Assembly: GCA_030141605.1 (NCBI GenBank) | Contig: JAQGDQ010000229.1 | Span: forward strand, 124,001 to 188,000 | Reading direction: 5' to 3' | From: Tubiluchus corallicola | Taxonomy: Eukaryota; Animalia; Priapulida | DNA length: 64,000 nucleotides | Part shown: positions 1 through 13,012 of the stretch, piece after piece | Layout: every line of letters starts with the position of its first letter | How positions within the stretch are numbered: the first letter of the stretch is position 1 | The notes under the pieces: generated by a model | Told to the model about the DNA's origin: nothing | The model's database searches: none | What the model saw: the letters and a program-made list of their open reading frames with translations, nothing else | Made by a program: the position numbers and the translations under genes

Positions 1-1000
1 CAAGATGCAATGAAACCACTTAATGGGACAAGAATTTACAAGTTAGTTATCAATAATTATCAAAACAAAACGTTGCCAGAAAATGCCTTTGAAAATATAG
101 AAGTTGACATAGTGGTTGTCGAGTATAGTCTCATTACTCATATTGCAAATGATACCTTTGGAGGACTCTATGGAGCGACAGAGTTATGTATTTGTGGCAA
201 TGAAAACCTCAAAGAGATCGCGCAAGCTACATTTGATAGGCTTAATGAAACTCTTAAAGCACTAAACATTAATTACAACTCAATTTCAAATATTGTTATA
301 GGTACATTTGAAAATTTGGGCAATCTGGAAGTCTTGAACTTGATTGAAAACAATCTTGGTAGCATTGACGAAATGTTATTCAAAGGACTTGTAAATGTCA
401 CAGAAATTAATGTGAGTGGTAACGATTTATCTGATGTTCCCGATAATTCATTTGACTTAACTCCAAAACTGAAAACTTTAGACCTCAGCAAGAACAGCAT
501 AGAAAATTGGCATGGGTTTACATTTTATGGTCTAGAAAGTCTAGAAATTTTAAGCCTTTCACATAATCAACTTTCAGCTCAATTACCAAGTGGAATTCTA
601 AATTCTTTAATATCACTAACAGTTTTGAAACTAAACTACAATCAATTTACAAGAGTGGATCAAACAGATTTTGATAATGTCAAAAATTTGGAAATTCTAG
701 ACTTTTCAAACAATCTTATAGACACTATACACGAAAGTAGTTTCCAATATAATGCTGCACTGACAACACTGCTACTAAATAACAACCGCTTAACCAAAGT
801 GGAAATGGAAACACTGAAGAGTTCCCAAATCATGGTAGAAATAAACCTTGCAAACAATCTAATAGAGGAGATTGAACATAGTGCATTTCATTTTGATAAC
901 CTATTAACGTTAAATCTTGCAAATAACAACCTTACAAAGTTTGACGAAAACATGTTGTCTGACACTGCTTCGAAGAGCAACTTGAATCTATATTTAGAAG
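1..1000 (+). CDS. Leucine-rich-repeat transmembrane receptor, LRR-encoding exon (5'-partial)
   Basis: Frame open from base 1 (QDAMKPL...). About 13 extracellular-type LxxLxLxxNxL/I...F repeats. Ends ...LYLE-G at the donor AAG|GTAAGT (1000/1001), phase 1. No signal peptide is visible, so the gene probably starts upstream of the window. Confidence 0.9.
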
Positions 1001-1443
1001 GTAAGTATTGCTAGGCATTCAAATTTTCTGTTGAAGTTAAATGCTTTAAAGCTACCTTAGATTTAAAAAAAGACAATGTAGCAAAAATGAGGGAGAAGTT
1101 GTGGTGTGTCTCTGCTAGCTGGCTAGAAATTATAATAATTTATTAAATGTATGTCAGATTGATTTAAAGAAGTCCAGATGTTAGTTGCATCTGAAGGTAC
1201 CTTATAATAAGGCTTACATGAACAACAACTAACGGAGCTGCTAAGTGACTTATAGCATTTTTGAAAAGATTTACGAAACATACAAAGATCATATTAAACT
1301 TTTCAAAAATGAAATACAGGATTCGACACTTTAAAAACTGAATGTAAAAACAGTATTTTATAGTAATGAGATGGAATGTTAATGTTCAAATTATTTAAAA
1401 GCCATAAAAGCCACAAGTTGTACATACTATGTGTGAATTTCAG

Positions 1444-2482
1444 GGAATCCATTGGATTGTGTGTGCAGCCAGAGCTGGATAATTAGTGAGTCGTGGGGCA
1501 ACAACACAAATTTAGGCACATGTGAAACTCCACAACATCTACAAGGAGAACATCTAGCGTTTCTTTCCTATGATGAATTTTGTTTGAATGGAACAAAACC
1601 GACAACTTCAGAGGAAAATGCAACAACTTCTGGATATGAAGGATCAACTGAAGAAACTTTCAGTGAAAGTATTAACACAGACCTAGTTAGTACTGATGGA
1701 GAAACTGAAACTACTCTTGAAGGCACCATGGGTTCGACAGTATCAACAGAAGAAAGCACTGAGAGTTCAACTAACACAAGCCAAGAAGTCACTGATGGTT
1801 TAACTGAAACAACTCAAGAAAGCACTGTAAGTTCAATTGAAACAAGTGAAGAAAGCACTGAGGGTTCGAGTGAAACAAGTCAAGAAAGCACCCTAGGTCT
1901 AAGTGAAACAACTGAAGAAAGCACCGAGGGTTCGACAACTTCAGAGGAAAATGCAACAACTTCTGGATACGAAGGATCAACTGAAGAAACTTTCAGTGAA
2001 AGTATTAACACAGACCTAGTTAGTACTGATGGAGAAACTGAAACTACTCTTGAAGACACCATGGGTTCAAGTGAAGCAACTGAAGAAAGCACTGAAGGCT
2101 CAACTGAAGCAAGTCAAGAAAGCACTGAGGGTTCGAGTGAATCAACTAGTGAAAACACTGAGGGTTCAACTGAAACAAGTCAAGAAAGCACCCTAGGTCT
2201 AAGTGAAACAACTGAAGAAAGCACTGAGGGTTCGAGAGGATCAACTAATGAAAACACTGAGAGTTCAACTGAAGTAAGTCAAGAAAGTACGGCACAAACA
2301 ACTAGGTATACAGAGTTAACGACCGAATCTTCAAATGTCACTGAAGCAGCAACAAAACAACCAGAAGGTGCATTCAACACATTTCACCTGCTGTGGATTC
2401 TTCCTATTGGTACCTTTTTAGTGGTACTAATAATTTCGGGGTTTTATATGATAATAACTGATGGCCAATTGTGGAGACGCAG
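1444..2482 (+). CDS. Same LRR receptor, exon encoding LRRCT, mucin-like stalk and transmembrane helix
   Basis: Acceptor tttCAG|G at 1443/1444 restores the canonical LRRCT GNPLDCVC...GTCETP...EFC in frame. S/T/E-rich stalk; hydrophobic LLWILPIGTFLVVLIISGFYMII (~2388-2456) followed shortly by WRR; donor AG|GTAAGT at 2482/2483, phase 2. Confidence 0.9.
1601..2290 (+). repeat. Coding tandem repeats in the stalk: 33-bp (11-aa ESTEGSSETSQ-like) units plus a 333-bp-period block duplication
   Basis: Block TTSEENATTSGYEGSTEETFSESINTDLVSTDGETETTLE occurs at ~1601 and ~1934, almost identical at DNA level; many gaaagcactgagggttc units. Confidence 0.9.
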
Positions 2483-2926
2483 GTAAGTAATAGCTACTAA
2501 CACGCTACGTTATGTAAACAAACAATACTGGACCTACATGTTAATTATTGGTAAACAGAGGTGGAGAAGATTAAAAGAAACACAGTGGCATCATTGTTTC
2601 ATTAATCATGCCCATTTAGAGTATTTCTTGATTTGTCCAGACTGAGTTAGAATTTAAAGAAGTTTACGTCACTTCTACTAATGATAACGCATTGAATTTT
2701 CAACAGCTGCACCGAAAAGTGATAGCATCAGAGGATCTCATATACAATAAATCCAAGGCATTCCGAAAAAGCCGTTGATATAATTGGTGTCAAAGCACAT
2801 TGGTTTCAGGTGGCTTTTCAGCTCTCAGCCTCTGTTTAAAACCCATTTTTGTTTCCACATAATTTCACTTGGTATCTTATTCGCTTTACATAAAATCACA
2901 AAATGTTTTCGTTTGTTTGTTTACAG

Positions 2927-3068
2927 GGCAGAAGATGAAGTACCACTTACCACAAACAGAGGTGTTCAATGTACAAATGATCTAATGATCATGAATGATA
3001 TCTATGAACCAGAAGATCATGAGGACATAAATGAACCTGAATTTGTTACAATTGACATGTCGAGTTAG
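2927..3068 (+). CDS. Same LRR receptor, probable last coding exon (cytoplasmic tail RAEDEVPL...VTIDMSS*)
   Basis: T-rich tract gtttgtttgtttaCAG|G at 2926/2927 is phase-compatible (AG+G=Arg) and open to TAG at 3066-3068. Candidate AATAAA at 3837-3842. Confidence 0.7.
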
Positions 3069-3503
3069 CTTTGTTGATGAACCAGAAGATCATGACGACA
3101 TAAATGAACTTGAATTTGTTACCTTTGTTTTTGGGAGAGTAAAGCTGGCTTATTGTTTTATTTGTTATTCGTCATTCCACTGTAACAATAATGTAAATAT
3201 AGGTAGAAAAATATTGCTGCAGTGCAGATATACCTGTAAAGGGGAACATTAGTAATGCTAAATAATTGAATCTAAATCTGTTTACACTTCCAGGAAATTA
3301 ACAAATGACTATTAAAACGAAATTTTTGGGTACACTATTGTATTAGTAATCATCGGTATGTGCATTACAAGTATGACTGCTATTAGTATATTGTAAGGGA
3401 TTTTAGGGATTTATCCCAAACACTTTTTCAGTTTGTATCTGCATGCAGGGTAGGTCATTTTATTTGACAAAAGTACATGTAATGTCTTTGTACGTTTATT
3501 CAT

Positions 3504-3646
3504 CGTAATATACATTTTGTTACAGTCACATTCGTAATATACATTTTGTTACAGTCACATTCGTAATATACATTTTGTTACAGTCACATTCGTAATATAC
3601 ATTTTGTTACAGTCACATTCGTAATATACATTTTGTTACAGTCACT
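3504..3646. repeat. Minisatellite, 29-bp unit x5, in the probable LRR gene 3' UTR
   Basis: cgtaatatacattttgttacagtcacatt starts at 3504, 3533, 3562, 3591 and 3620. Confidence 0.95.
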
Positions 3647-4465
3647 TAATGGATACGGTTTGACATTTTGGTATCTTACAAATCATGTCCTATACGGCTT
3701 GCATTTTACTGACGTCTGTTAAATCACAGACACGGCAACGTTTGAGATTTGTCGGGTTAATAAATCATGCATGTCTGTTACTTGAAATTAATTATCAACT
3801 GCTTTCATTTATATGCCTCTCTTTTTAATTTAAACGAATAAATAATAATGAATATACAATACTGCATCACAAACAAAGACTTTTCGTAATCAATTGTGCC
3901 AGGGAGCATACTTGTCGAGTTGTTCTACAATAAATCATGTCTGAGCAAAGTAAGAAGTATATGAAGTAATAACAGCTCCTGATTGTAAGCGTATTTAAGC
4001 TATATCAGGCAGAAAAAAGCCTAAAAAATGAGCTTTGAAATTTAATATTCTCGTACAAGTTTTTTCAGCGTCCACTCAAGGACAAGTTTCGAATGGGACA
4101 AGAGAGGACAAGGGCTTATTTCAAAGCAGCACTGGGATAATGTGTGTAATGCATGACTCCTCGCTTTCTTTAGTAGCCATTATGGTAGATTTATAAAAAA
4201 CGCTGTTCATATGTGTACTGACCTTAAGGCGTGGAGTGTCAATTTGCCATTGTCTTAAGTGTAAGAATTAATGTAATCTGTTAAACAGACATCTGTGGAC
4301 GTAAGATTCTGGTACAGTAATTAACCTTATCAATTTAGGGTTAACAGATAAACTGCAGGTATCTGACAGATTAATTCACCTGTGATGAAAAATCAGATCC
4401 TGACTGGGGAGAGAGAAAAAACGAGTAAAAGTGACAAAGAAGGAGAAAGAAACGAAAAGCGACAA

Positions 4466-4623
<158 letters not shown>

Positions 4624-7600
4624 TAGCTATGCAAAAAATAATGCCGAAACACTGATATACGGGAAGACAGTGTCATCAATACAACCACTGAAACAGTAGT
4701 AACATCTAAACTGAGTGTAACAGACTACTAATAGCGTTTTCACACTGTACTTAACTTCAAAAATGTCCACGTGTAATTAGGAGTAATTAAACATCATGTG
4801 TAGACGAAATGAACAGTCTTTCGTTCAACTGTATATACTGCAGGTGTGCTATCTATCTCGTTTCGATCAATATCTGTTTCCCATCTAATCAAGGCAGAGT
4901 GAAGTACACGCGAAGCTCGTTTGACGAAAGCCCTGTTTCAGTTGATTCTTAATTTACTCAAAATTACACCTACATATGAGTACATCAATGTTTTCACGAG
5001 AATATGAGTGTCTGTTGCAAGAACAGTATCTAAAAAAAGTGTGCATGAGATGGCGTTTGGCCGAAGGCAATATACTGTCAAAATTGTTTTCTCTGGCTTC
5101 TTCTCGAATAGAAAGGATGGCTGTCCGTGCAGACAAAAGAAAGATTAGAGAAGTTTGCTGAAAAACTACTATGTGCTATGGAAATCTTATTCTCTTTCAT
5201 TTTTCTTTTGTTTGCACTACTAACTGCTTTAATTTGTTTAATGTGGGTGATCAGACTTTGTTGTGAAGGACAGCCATCCTTTCTCGGTCACCTTATTCAG
5301 GAACTATTTAAATTTTATTGTCATTTTTTGTAAACCGTACTACTTCTTCAATAAAATAATGAATAAATAAACAAATACTACTTTGGAGCGAGTCTTGAAA
5401 GCTCAAGCCTCCATAAACTCTGCATATTTCACAATTAATCATGGATGCCTGTTGACTAGGAATATTTTATGATCAATGATATTTTGGAGACAAACAAAAA
5501 CCAGTCCTATTATGTAAGTCTGAAATTTTCTACGCTTATTTATTTTTTGCTCAACGTAGTTGTAACTGTAGAGTATTACAGGATATTTGCTATGACGATA
5601 AAGTGGACAAGCAAATCTCCCTTCGGGGCCAAAAGTAAGTGCAAGAGGGCATATACAGAGGAACATATTCTCATATGGTCAATTCAGGTAGATCACGATT
5701 ACATTGTAAATTACTTGCAATTACATTGTAATTGCTAGAGTGGTTACTGCAAATGGCTTGTAATGATGAATATGAATGAGGTACAACTATAAGACTGGAA
5801 TCATTAGAACGTTTACTAAATCAAGCAGAAATAACGGGTCTTGGCTAGATGGAAACACTACACATGATTTCTTTGTACAACGAAACATTTTTTAAACATG
5901 CTTATACCAAAAATCTACTGAAATCTAATGAAAGTCCATTCATGCTGGGTAACCTTCTTTTAGTAGCACAAGTGGTGATGCTGTTAACGCGTTGTTCTGT
6001 AGTGCGGTTAAGTTAATACGTGAACAAATATTACGCGCCAGATGACATTTACATTTTAAATCTGCAAGAATATGAATAATGTTTGTTCAAGTGCCGGTTT
6101 CCGAGTACGTATACGGAATTACGGATTTCAAGGAATCGAAATTTAACTCCACAATACGACGATTATGACTTCGATCGTTCACGTGCAGTACTTAACTGCT
6201 AAAATCGCCGATACATTTCAGAACAAACGACAAATAGCCATGAAATAGCTGAGTTGTCAAGGAATTCGTAAACTCTGGGTACAGATTCTACACATATGTC
6301 AGCACAAGATGTTAACTTAACGGACTAGGCTTATAATCAAATGTCTGCCAGCTTATACAACGTGAGCTAACTAATGGATTTACTTTGAGGTGAATTGATA
6401 CGGTGCGCCAATAAAGTATAGAGGGAACAGCGAGAAATGCAGTTAAGTGTGGTAGCAGTGTGATCAAGTGGATTTCTGTCAACTAGTGGATTTCTAGTGG
6501 GAGTTTGCAGAACGCAATAATCGTTTGTCCAAAGCGACAAAAGGGCGAGTGTTGCATCACGATAAAACCATGTATGCAATAATTCATGTGCGCGGAGCAG
6601 TCATGTTTGTCTGCTATGTGGAAATGGTTAACAAGCTAGGCGCATTTTGAAAGAAAGAAAACAAATTCAAGGAAAAGCGGGAAAATAATTTGCAGGAACA
6701 ATGCAATATTTTCAAAGCAGAGCGCTGCGGAAAGAAAACAGCATTCCACGAAAATGATCAAATAATCGAAAATGTATCATATGTAAATCTGTTTAAATAG
6801 AAGGCAGTGTGAAGATGGGGGATAAATGGCCCTGTTTCGTACTTGGCAGGCCATAATAAGTGACCTAGTCCCTATAAGGGCCAGTCACGATTGGCTTGGC
6901 TTTCGCTTGAAGAGACAATGTAAGACTTTCAGACTCACTGGTTTGGCTTTTGAGGACATTATGCACGTTCAGAACCCACGGACATGTGAGCAATGCAGCC
7001 CATAGACGTCTATAGTGCATCTCTCATCCCCCACAACTTATATAATAATAAAAATTATTATTATTATTATTTTATTTCGCACCATAACTGATACAGCCAT
7101 ATATACATACATAAAGGCAAAATATAACAAGAAATAGTTAGTATACACACAAAAAAGAAATTAGTATGTATAAAATGCTGAAACAAATATGTTCCCAAAC
7201 AGCTATATATATATAATAAACTTGGAAATTTTTTTATTGAGCGTATTGTTATTATATGCAGCATCCCTAAATTTCTCTACCAGGTATCGTAGTAGCACAT
7301 ATAGATTTGACTTCTTTTCAGTGTGCGTGACAAGTTGAGAAGCGCTACGCCTCTGTGCAGTTTGATGTGGGTTAAAAAAGCAGACCTAATCATTTCATTG
7401 TGCATAGCTTTTACAGAATATTATGCACGAGTGCACACCTAGTACAGCTGAGTTGCCGTTCTGCAAGTGGGGTTGCCATTGCCATTTTAAAAACGTAAGA
7501 CCCAGTTTTAAGCTGAACAAATGATCGCGTCACTAATAATATAACAAGCAGACTAAATTAATGGGATTATAGCTTATACCGTAGTAATATGTCAGTGGTG

Positions 7601-8157
7601 CGTGCTATTATCAAACCACTCATTTGCTCCAGCTTTTAGCGTTTTATCATAATTCACTGAAAATTGAACAAAAAGGCACGATTATTAATGGATGAAGCAT
7701 TTTATTATGTACACGGAGCCTTTTCACTACTGCACTCAAAGCGCTTAATGTTTTAATAGCGATTTCTGTTAAGGAAGCCTGTGGGACGCGCTCTGGAATG
7801 ATTATTTTGAAACGTTTCGTTCACGTGCTTTTTCATATTTTATTGAAAACGTGCTTACATTTTGCCCCAAAAGTCTAGCTATGTGTGTACAATGCATATA
7901 CTGTAAAAGGAGATAGATAACATTATAAATAATTAGTGATGAAACGATACAAAAATAATTAATCATGGAACAATACCAAAATTTAGTTGCAAGCAGGTAC
8001 GACAGAAAATTGCAGGGCCACCTAGTGTATATAACATTTTGCATTTTGCCAAATAATCATAACCAAAACGCGCGGGCCCAAAAGTTTGAGGTTCAAATTT
8101 TCGACAAGCAACATCCTATGTCCAAGGCTCAATTTTTCGGTAAATAGTATTTATAAT

Positions 8158-8716
8158 AACTAGAACGTAAGCTGTAATACCAAGTTATTCGTCCCTTGCG
8201 AGACAAATATACGAGGAAATCCATAATAATTATACAACAAAAAAGGAACTACTAATGTGTTGTCGAGCCCACGATCTTCAGATTGTATGTAGTGGTCATA
8301 TTGGAATTACGAAACTTTTATCCAGCCAGATGGGTTTCTCTGTGGATTCCCTATGTGCTCGAAGATATGTGACCAAAGGCAAGCACCCCTATTTGCCACC
8401 ACTCATTTCCCTAATACTTAAGCTTCTAATACCAGCTGGGCTTCACTGTGGCTTCCCTACAAAAAGATAGCGCATCTATATGCTTCGAACATCTCCGTAG
8501 GATAGTTTAGTTTAGCTATAGTGATGACATCATAACGGCGCCCATGTTGCAAAACTAAAAAATCAGGTTCCGATACAATCTGCGCAATAGTCCATAGTAC
8601 TTTCGCGTTAAAGTTCAGCCTACTACGATTAAAACTGTGATCTGATATGTTTCAAAGATAAATGTGAGAACAACAACAATGTGAATAAAACCAGGGATTC
8701 CGCCGGATCCAAAAAA
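8158..8716. mobile_element. Putative non-autonomous Helentron/DINE-like element
   Basis: Begins AACTAGAA and ends with (AAC)n, a GC hairpin ggattccgccggatcc (8695-8710) and an A-run. An internal ~60-bp segment (8366-8426) recurs at ~8750-8818. Confidence 0.4.
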
Positions 8717-10707
8717 TCACTTTGACGCTAAATAATTTTATTACATTTATATGTGATCAAAGACAAGCACCGCCATTTGCCACCACCCTTATTTCCCTAA
8801 TACATGTACTTTAGCTTCCTCTTAACAACCGCGACCGCCTTAACGAGAAAGATAAAACTTTATATGGAACCCTTTAGATTAAGGTTAATGTGGCTTCATT
8901 AAACTGCGTGAACGGCTGCATTCCCCAATGAGTCGATACAGCGTATTCAATAATACGACGCTTTCACTTAAGTAAGAATGAAGTAATGACCATGAAGCGC
9001 ATCGGCTACTTGGATGTATGCCATGGTGCAATTACGTGACTTATTTGGCATTTGTGCAGTTTGCTTCAGTCTTAACAATTTTGAAAGGTTGGTCTGATAG
9101 TGCTTGCAAGTTCTTTTCACAAAAAGACAAATGACTCCGGCCTCTCTGATCTTTAATTATATCGCCATACATTTTGAATTGCGCTGTGCTTGTCCTTGTG
9201 TGATTTGTGTAGTTATGTGGTACGCCCAATTTTTTTTCCGGGACTGGTTCTCCACTTAAAATAGAAAAATCTTCCACATAAATGGTTAAGTCCCCATCAT
9301 GGGTTCGAGACCCTCATCAATATCTTTCACTAAATGTAATTCTAGCCCAAATTGTCATTATAACGTCATAAAAGGAAAGATCCAGTTAAACAAATGGCTA
9401 GAAAGTATGGTAAACAGCACTGCGTATTTTAGTGTGTTGGACTAACACTCACTGCTGATCCTGTTGTTGCCACTGCTGCAGCTGTCGTTGTTGTTAATGT
9501 TGTTGCTGCTGCTACTGTTACCGTTGTTATATCATTTCATGTTGTTTTAAATGCCTCTATGATAACATAAACTAAAACTAATAACAAAGCAGTGTAGCCT
9601 ACGCTGTAAAAACTCAGTTCGCGCCTTTTCCCCAGATAACCGCAAGCCGCCTGAGAGAGAGTAAGCTGATAACATAATGTTGATATTAATAACAGCAAAT
9701 GAACGCCGGCAAATCTCTGAAAGAAAATCACTAGGACTAGCTTTAATTGATCATCCGAACAGCATCCTAGCATCAGCAGCTTCGTATATGCAGCGGCAGG
9801 AAAATAAGCTGTATCTGCACGCGCGGGGTTTCATTCAGCAATAAATGCCTTATATGGGAGGCACGTCACAGGATGCGGTCCGCTGATTTCTCGGCTAAAT
9901 TGCGTTCAAGCATAAAGACTAGTAAATGCTTTCAATGCGTATGACAGCGTGAATAGCTTAGCAATAGACAGCCAGCCTAGTATAACAGAGTTTGTTAACT
10001 TCAAAGTGAGGGTGCAAATAAGCAAAGAGTTGGTCGCTTAAAACTTTGAAAGTTAGTCAGGGCGGTCTAACATTTAGAGTACTTTTAGCGCGAAAGCGCT
10101 AAAATTCTCTAGCGTAGGATTATCTTTATGAATATGACAGGTCCACTGACCCCCCCCCCCCCAATTCGCGCGTCAACGATCTGCATTGAGTGACGTGGCC
10201 GAAGCATAATATTAGTTTTATTGCTAACCATATTTTTATGGTTTTATGAGCTTATAAGTCTATGAGCTTAAACAAGGAATAAATAAATCATTTAATGAAT
10301 TAATAAGACACTCGCCGAGTACCATGGGCAGGAAAAATGGTATAAAATACAAAAATCGTGAAGGATTAGTATTATATATCTACAATTACGTAAAACAAAG
10401 CCAGTCTAATCCAAGAGATTCAAGAAGCGAACTAAACATCGACCCGTGTACAAAGAGTTCGAAATTCTAAAAACTCGGAAACTTTATCTAACTGAGTTTG
10501 TTAAGCTCTTGAAGCCAGTTTTTTATGCCCAGGGAAGCACGACTAATTGAAAGAGAAGTTCTGCCGATCAAATAACAAATGTTTAGGATAGAGAGTGTGC
10601 AGGAGGCATTCTCGTATCTCGATTCTAGTTTTGTCACGATCTCACGCATTGTGATGTCAATTAACATTGACTACAGATCAATCCATCTTCAAAAAATTAT
10701 AACGAAT

Positions 10708-10879
10708 CCAGGTAAAAAAAGTCACCGAAAAAAGTCACAAAAGAAACTCACAGGAACAAAAGCGGAAAAATAAATAACCCTAACCCTAACCCTAATTGTG
10801 ACTTTTTCCTGAGTTTTTTACTAGCCAAAATTGTGACCTTTTCCATGACTTTTTTCCTGTGACTTCAATACCGGTCACC
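10708..10879. mobile_element. MITE-like element with internal (TAACCC)3 and inverted GTCAC/GTGAC sub-repeats
   Basis: aaaagtcac repeats on the left, gtgactttt repeats on the right, telomere-type repeat at 10775-10795; homologous inverted copy at 34035..34402. Confidence 0.7.
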
Positions 10880-12244
10880 TTTATAGCATCTATATGCAGC
10901 TTCTACAACAGAAATGCTCAGTAAATTGAATTCTTAAAAAATTTCTCAGTGCAAACATTCACAGTCTTTACTATATATATATATATATATATAATTCGCA
11001 CGATTTCATCCTCTCAATTAGAGCTCTGAAGCTGTGTTAAACAAAAAATTCAACTCACAAAATGGTCCCAAAAAAGAGACACAACAATAAACTGGCTACA
11101 AAATCCGAATGTGCACTATCGAAAACCGAATCAACAAATAGTGCACCAAATTAACTCAATTTCTTAAAATGTTAAGACTGTATAAATTTAAGATAAGATA
11201 AAATTCATCCTGCCTTGCGACAAATGTATATCACTAATTTCATTTGGCTCACCATTAAAATATATGCTAGCATAGACATATAAAACAACAACATGTACCA
11301 GCGGTATACATAAACATTATTACACAATGTTTTTTCATTTGACTATTATTGGCTCACAGAAGAGAAAATGGTAATGGACACTCGAACAGAAATTTTCGGC
11401 AGACACATTCACTATCAAGGCACGGAAGCTTCTTTACACATAATGGATAGCAAATAGAAAATAGACAGAAACAAGGTTGAGGGCTGAACGCTGAGAATCA
11501 TTTTTTATTTTAGAATCTAAGTATATGAATTAGATTACATAAGTTTATTGGATCACAATGCAGCTAGTGCATGTTTCTTATTTCTGTTGCCATTAAGCAA
11601 GAAAGAGATACGGTTAAGCAACTTTTAGATGATTTTTCGACCGCAAAATTAAAAAGAATTGTATTTCTATTATGATGTCCTAATGTCCATTAGTCTGTCC
11701 AGTGGATTGCTGCTTCCAACGCTCACTGATCACTGACGCCGATGGTCATTTTCCGCAATCCCTACGTCAGTCTTTAAAGTCCGTGTAAAAAGAGAACTAC
11801 TACTTATGGATTTAAGATTTAAGATTATTTAGATTATTCACGTACTCATACCTTTTAATATTGCATTTATAACACACAAGAGTTAAAATCTAGCGATTAA
11901 AAAAGTGAGATATTCGTTGACAGATGAGACACTAATTGGTGGTAAAAAAATTAAACAATCAATACGTCTGCTATAAAGTTTATAGCAAAGGTATTGAGTT
12001 ATACAGTATTTATAATAAATGAGTACAGACTTCAGTAACCTATATCTACAATATCAGTTTTGTTTCTTGTATTAACTACTCATATATTATTTATAATAAA
12101 TAAGTACAGTAACGTATCTCATATTTACAATATAATTTTTGTTTTTTTTCTATTTGTTTGGCGATTATATTCCATTGTTGGGTTAATGTGTTTGCCTAGT
12201 GTGCTATATTATGTCACTGTCGTAATTACTGTTGTATCAAAATG

Positions 12245-12312
12245 CAACAGTAACAGTAACAGTAATAGTAATAGTAACAGCAACAGTAATAGAAATAGTA
12301 ATTACTATTACT
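12245..12312. repeat. (AACAGT/AATAGT)n simple repeat
   Basis: Direct reading. Confidence 0.85.
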
Positions 12313-12924
12313 AGTGTATGCTGTCAGATGTATTTCCTCTCAACAGATCATTATTATTATTATCAAAATCAAATCTAATATCGTATCGTATTCACAATAT
12401 TAAATTTTAATTCCAACGCACTTCATTCTGTATTTTAACTAAAAAATTCTGGTACCACCCAACAATAAACCCTGCGCAACCTTTAGTTTATTTACAACCG
12501 CTGATTATGCACTTAAAATAATAAACGAGTTTGCGCGCCATTACAAAATACGTTAAGGAACAATAACTAAACACATTAGTAGTTTCAGCAAGCATTATCA
12601 GTAATTACTGGCCCCCAACATAAGCTGGTAATTTCAGCTAAATTTGCTTGCATGACAAATTTTATGATAACACACCATTACGTGCAGTTTATTCAAGCTA
12701 ACATGGACCATTAAAATAAATGGGTAATATCATGCTCACTATATAACCACATGTATCAATAATGTGGACGAAGCTTTGCTAAAGTACTGCTTTTTAGACG
12801 TTTTTGCATTGACCGGTTCATTAAGTGTAAGCATTACTATAATATACAGCATGCTAAGTATAAGCTATGAATCACACATGGTGCAGGGAAGTTTGACCAA
12901 AATAATCTTGTCTGTAACCCAAAG

Positions 12925-13012
12925 CTCCATATTACAGTAGAGGCCTGAAAAACCAAGGTTTTATACATCACTGAAGTTACTGTCCGGCAGACTAATCGAG
13001 ATGGGTATGACC
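12925..13012 (+). mobile_element. Degenerate 5S-rRNA-like (SINE3-type) fragment
   Basis: cctgaaaaacc...atcactGAAGTTA...gAGATGGGTatGACC resembles the 5S internal promoter boxes A and C. Confidence 0.4.

Noticed and set aside
273-2092. Minus-strand ORFs overlapping the LRR gene
   Set aside because: Antisense shadows of the real coding frame.
2707-2722. Alternative acceptor (ttttcaacag|c) giving a short SCTEK* tail for the LRR receptor
   Set aside because: Possible, but the acceptor at 2927 has a longer T-rich tract and a longer coding-like frame; there is no transcript evidence.
3504-3646. CRISPR-like 29-bp repeat array
   Set aside because: Units are head-to-tail with no spacers, in a eukaryotic context with no cas genes.
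9041-9277. 78-aa minus-strand ORF as the missing second PKG exon
   Set aside because: No similarity to a cNMP-binding domain.
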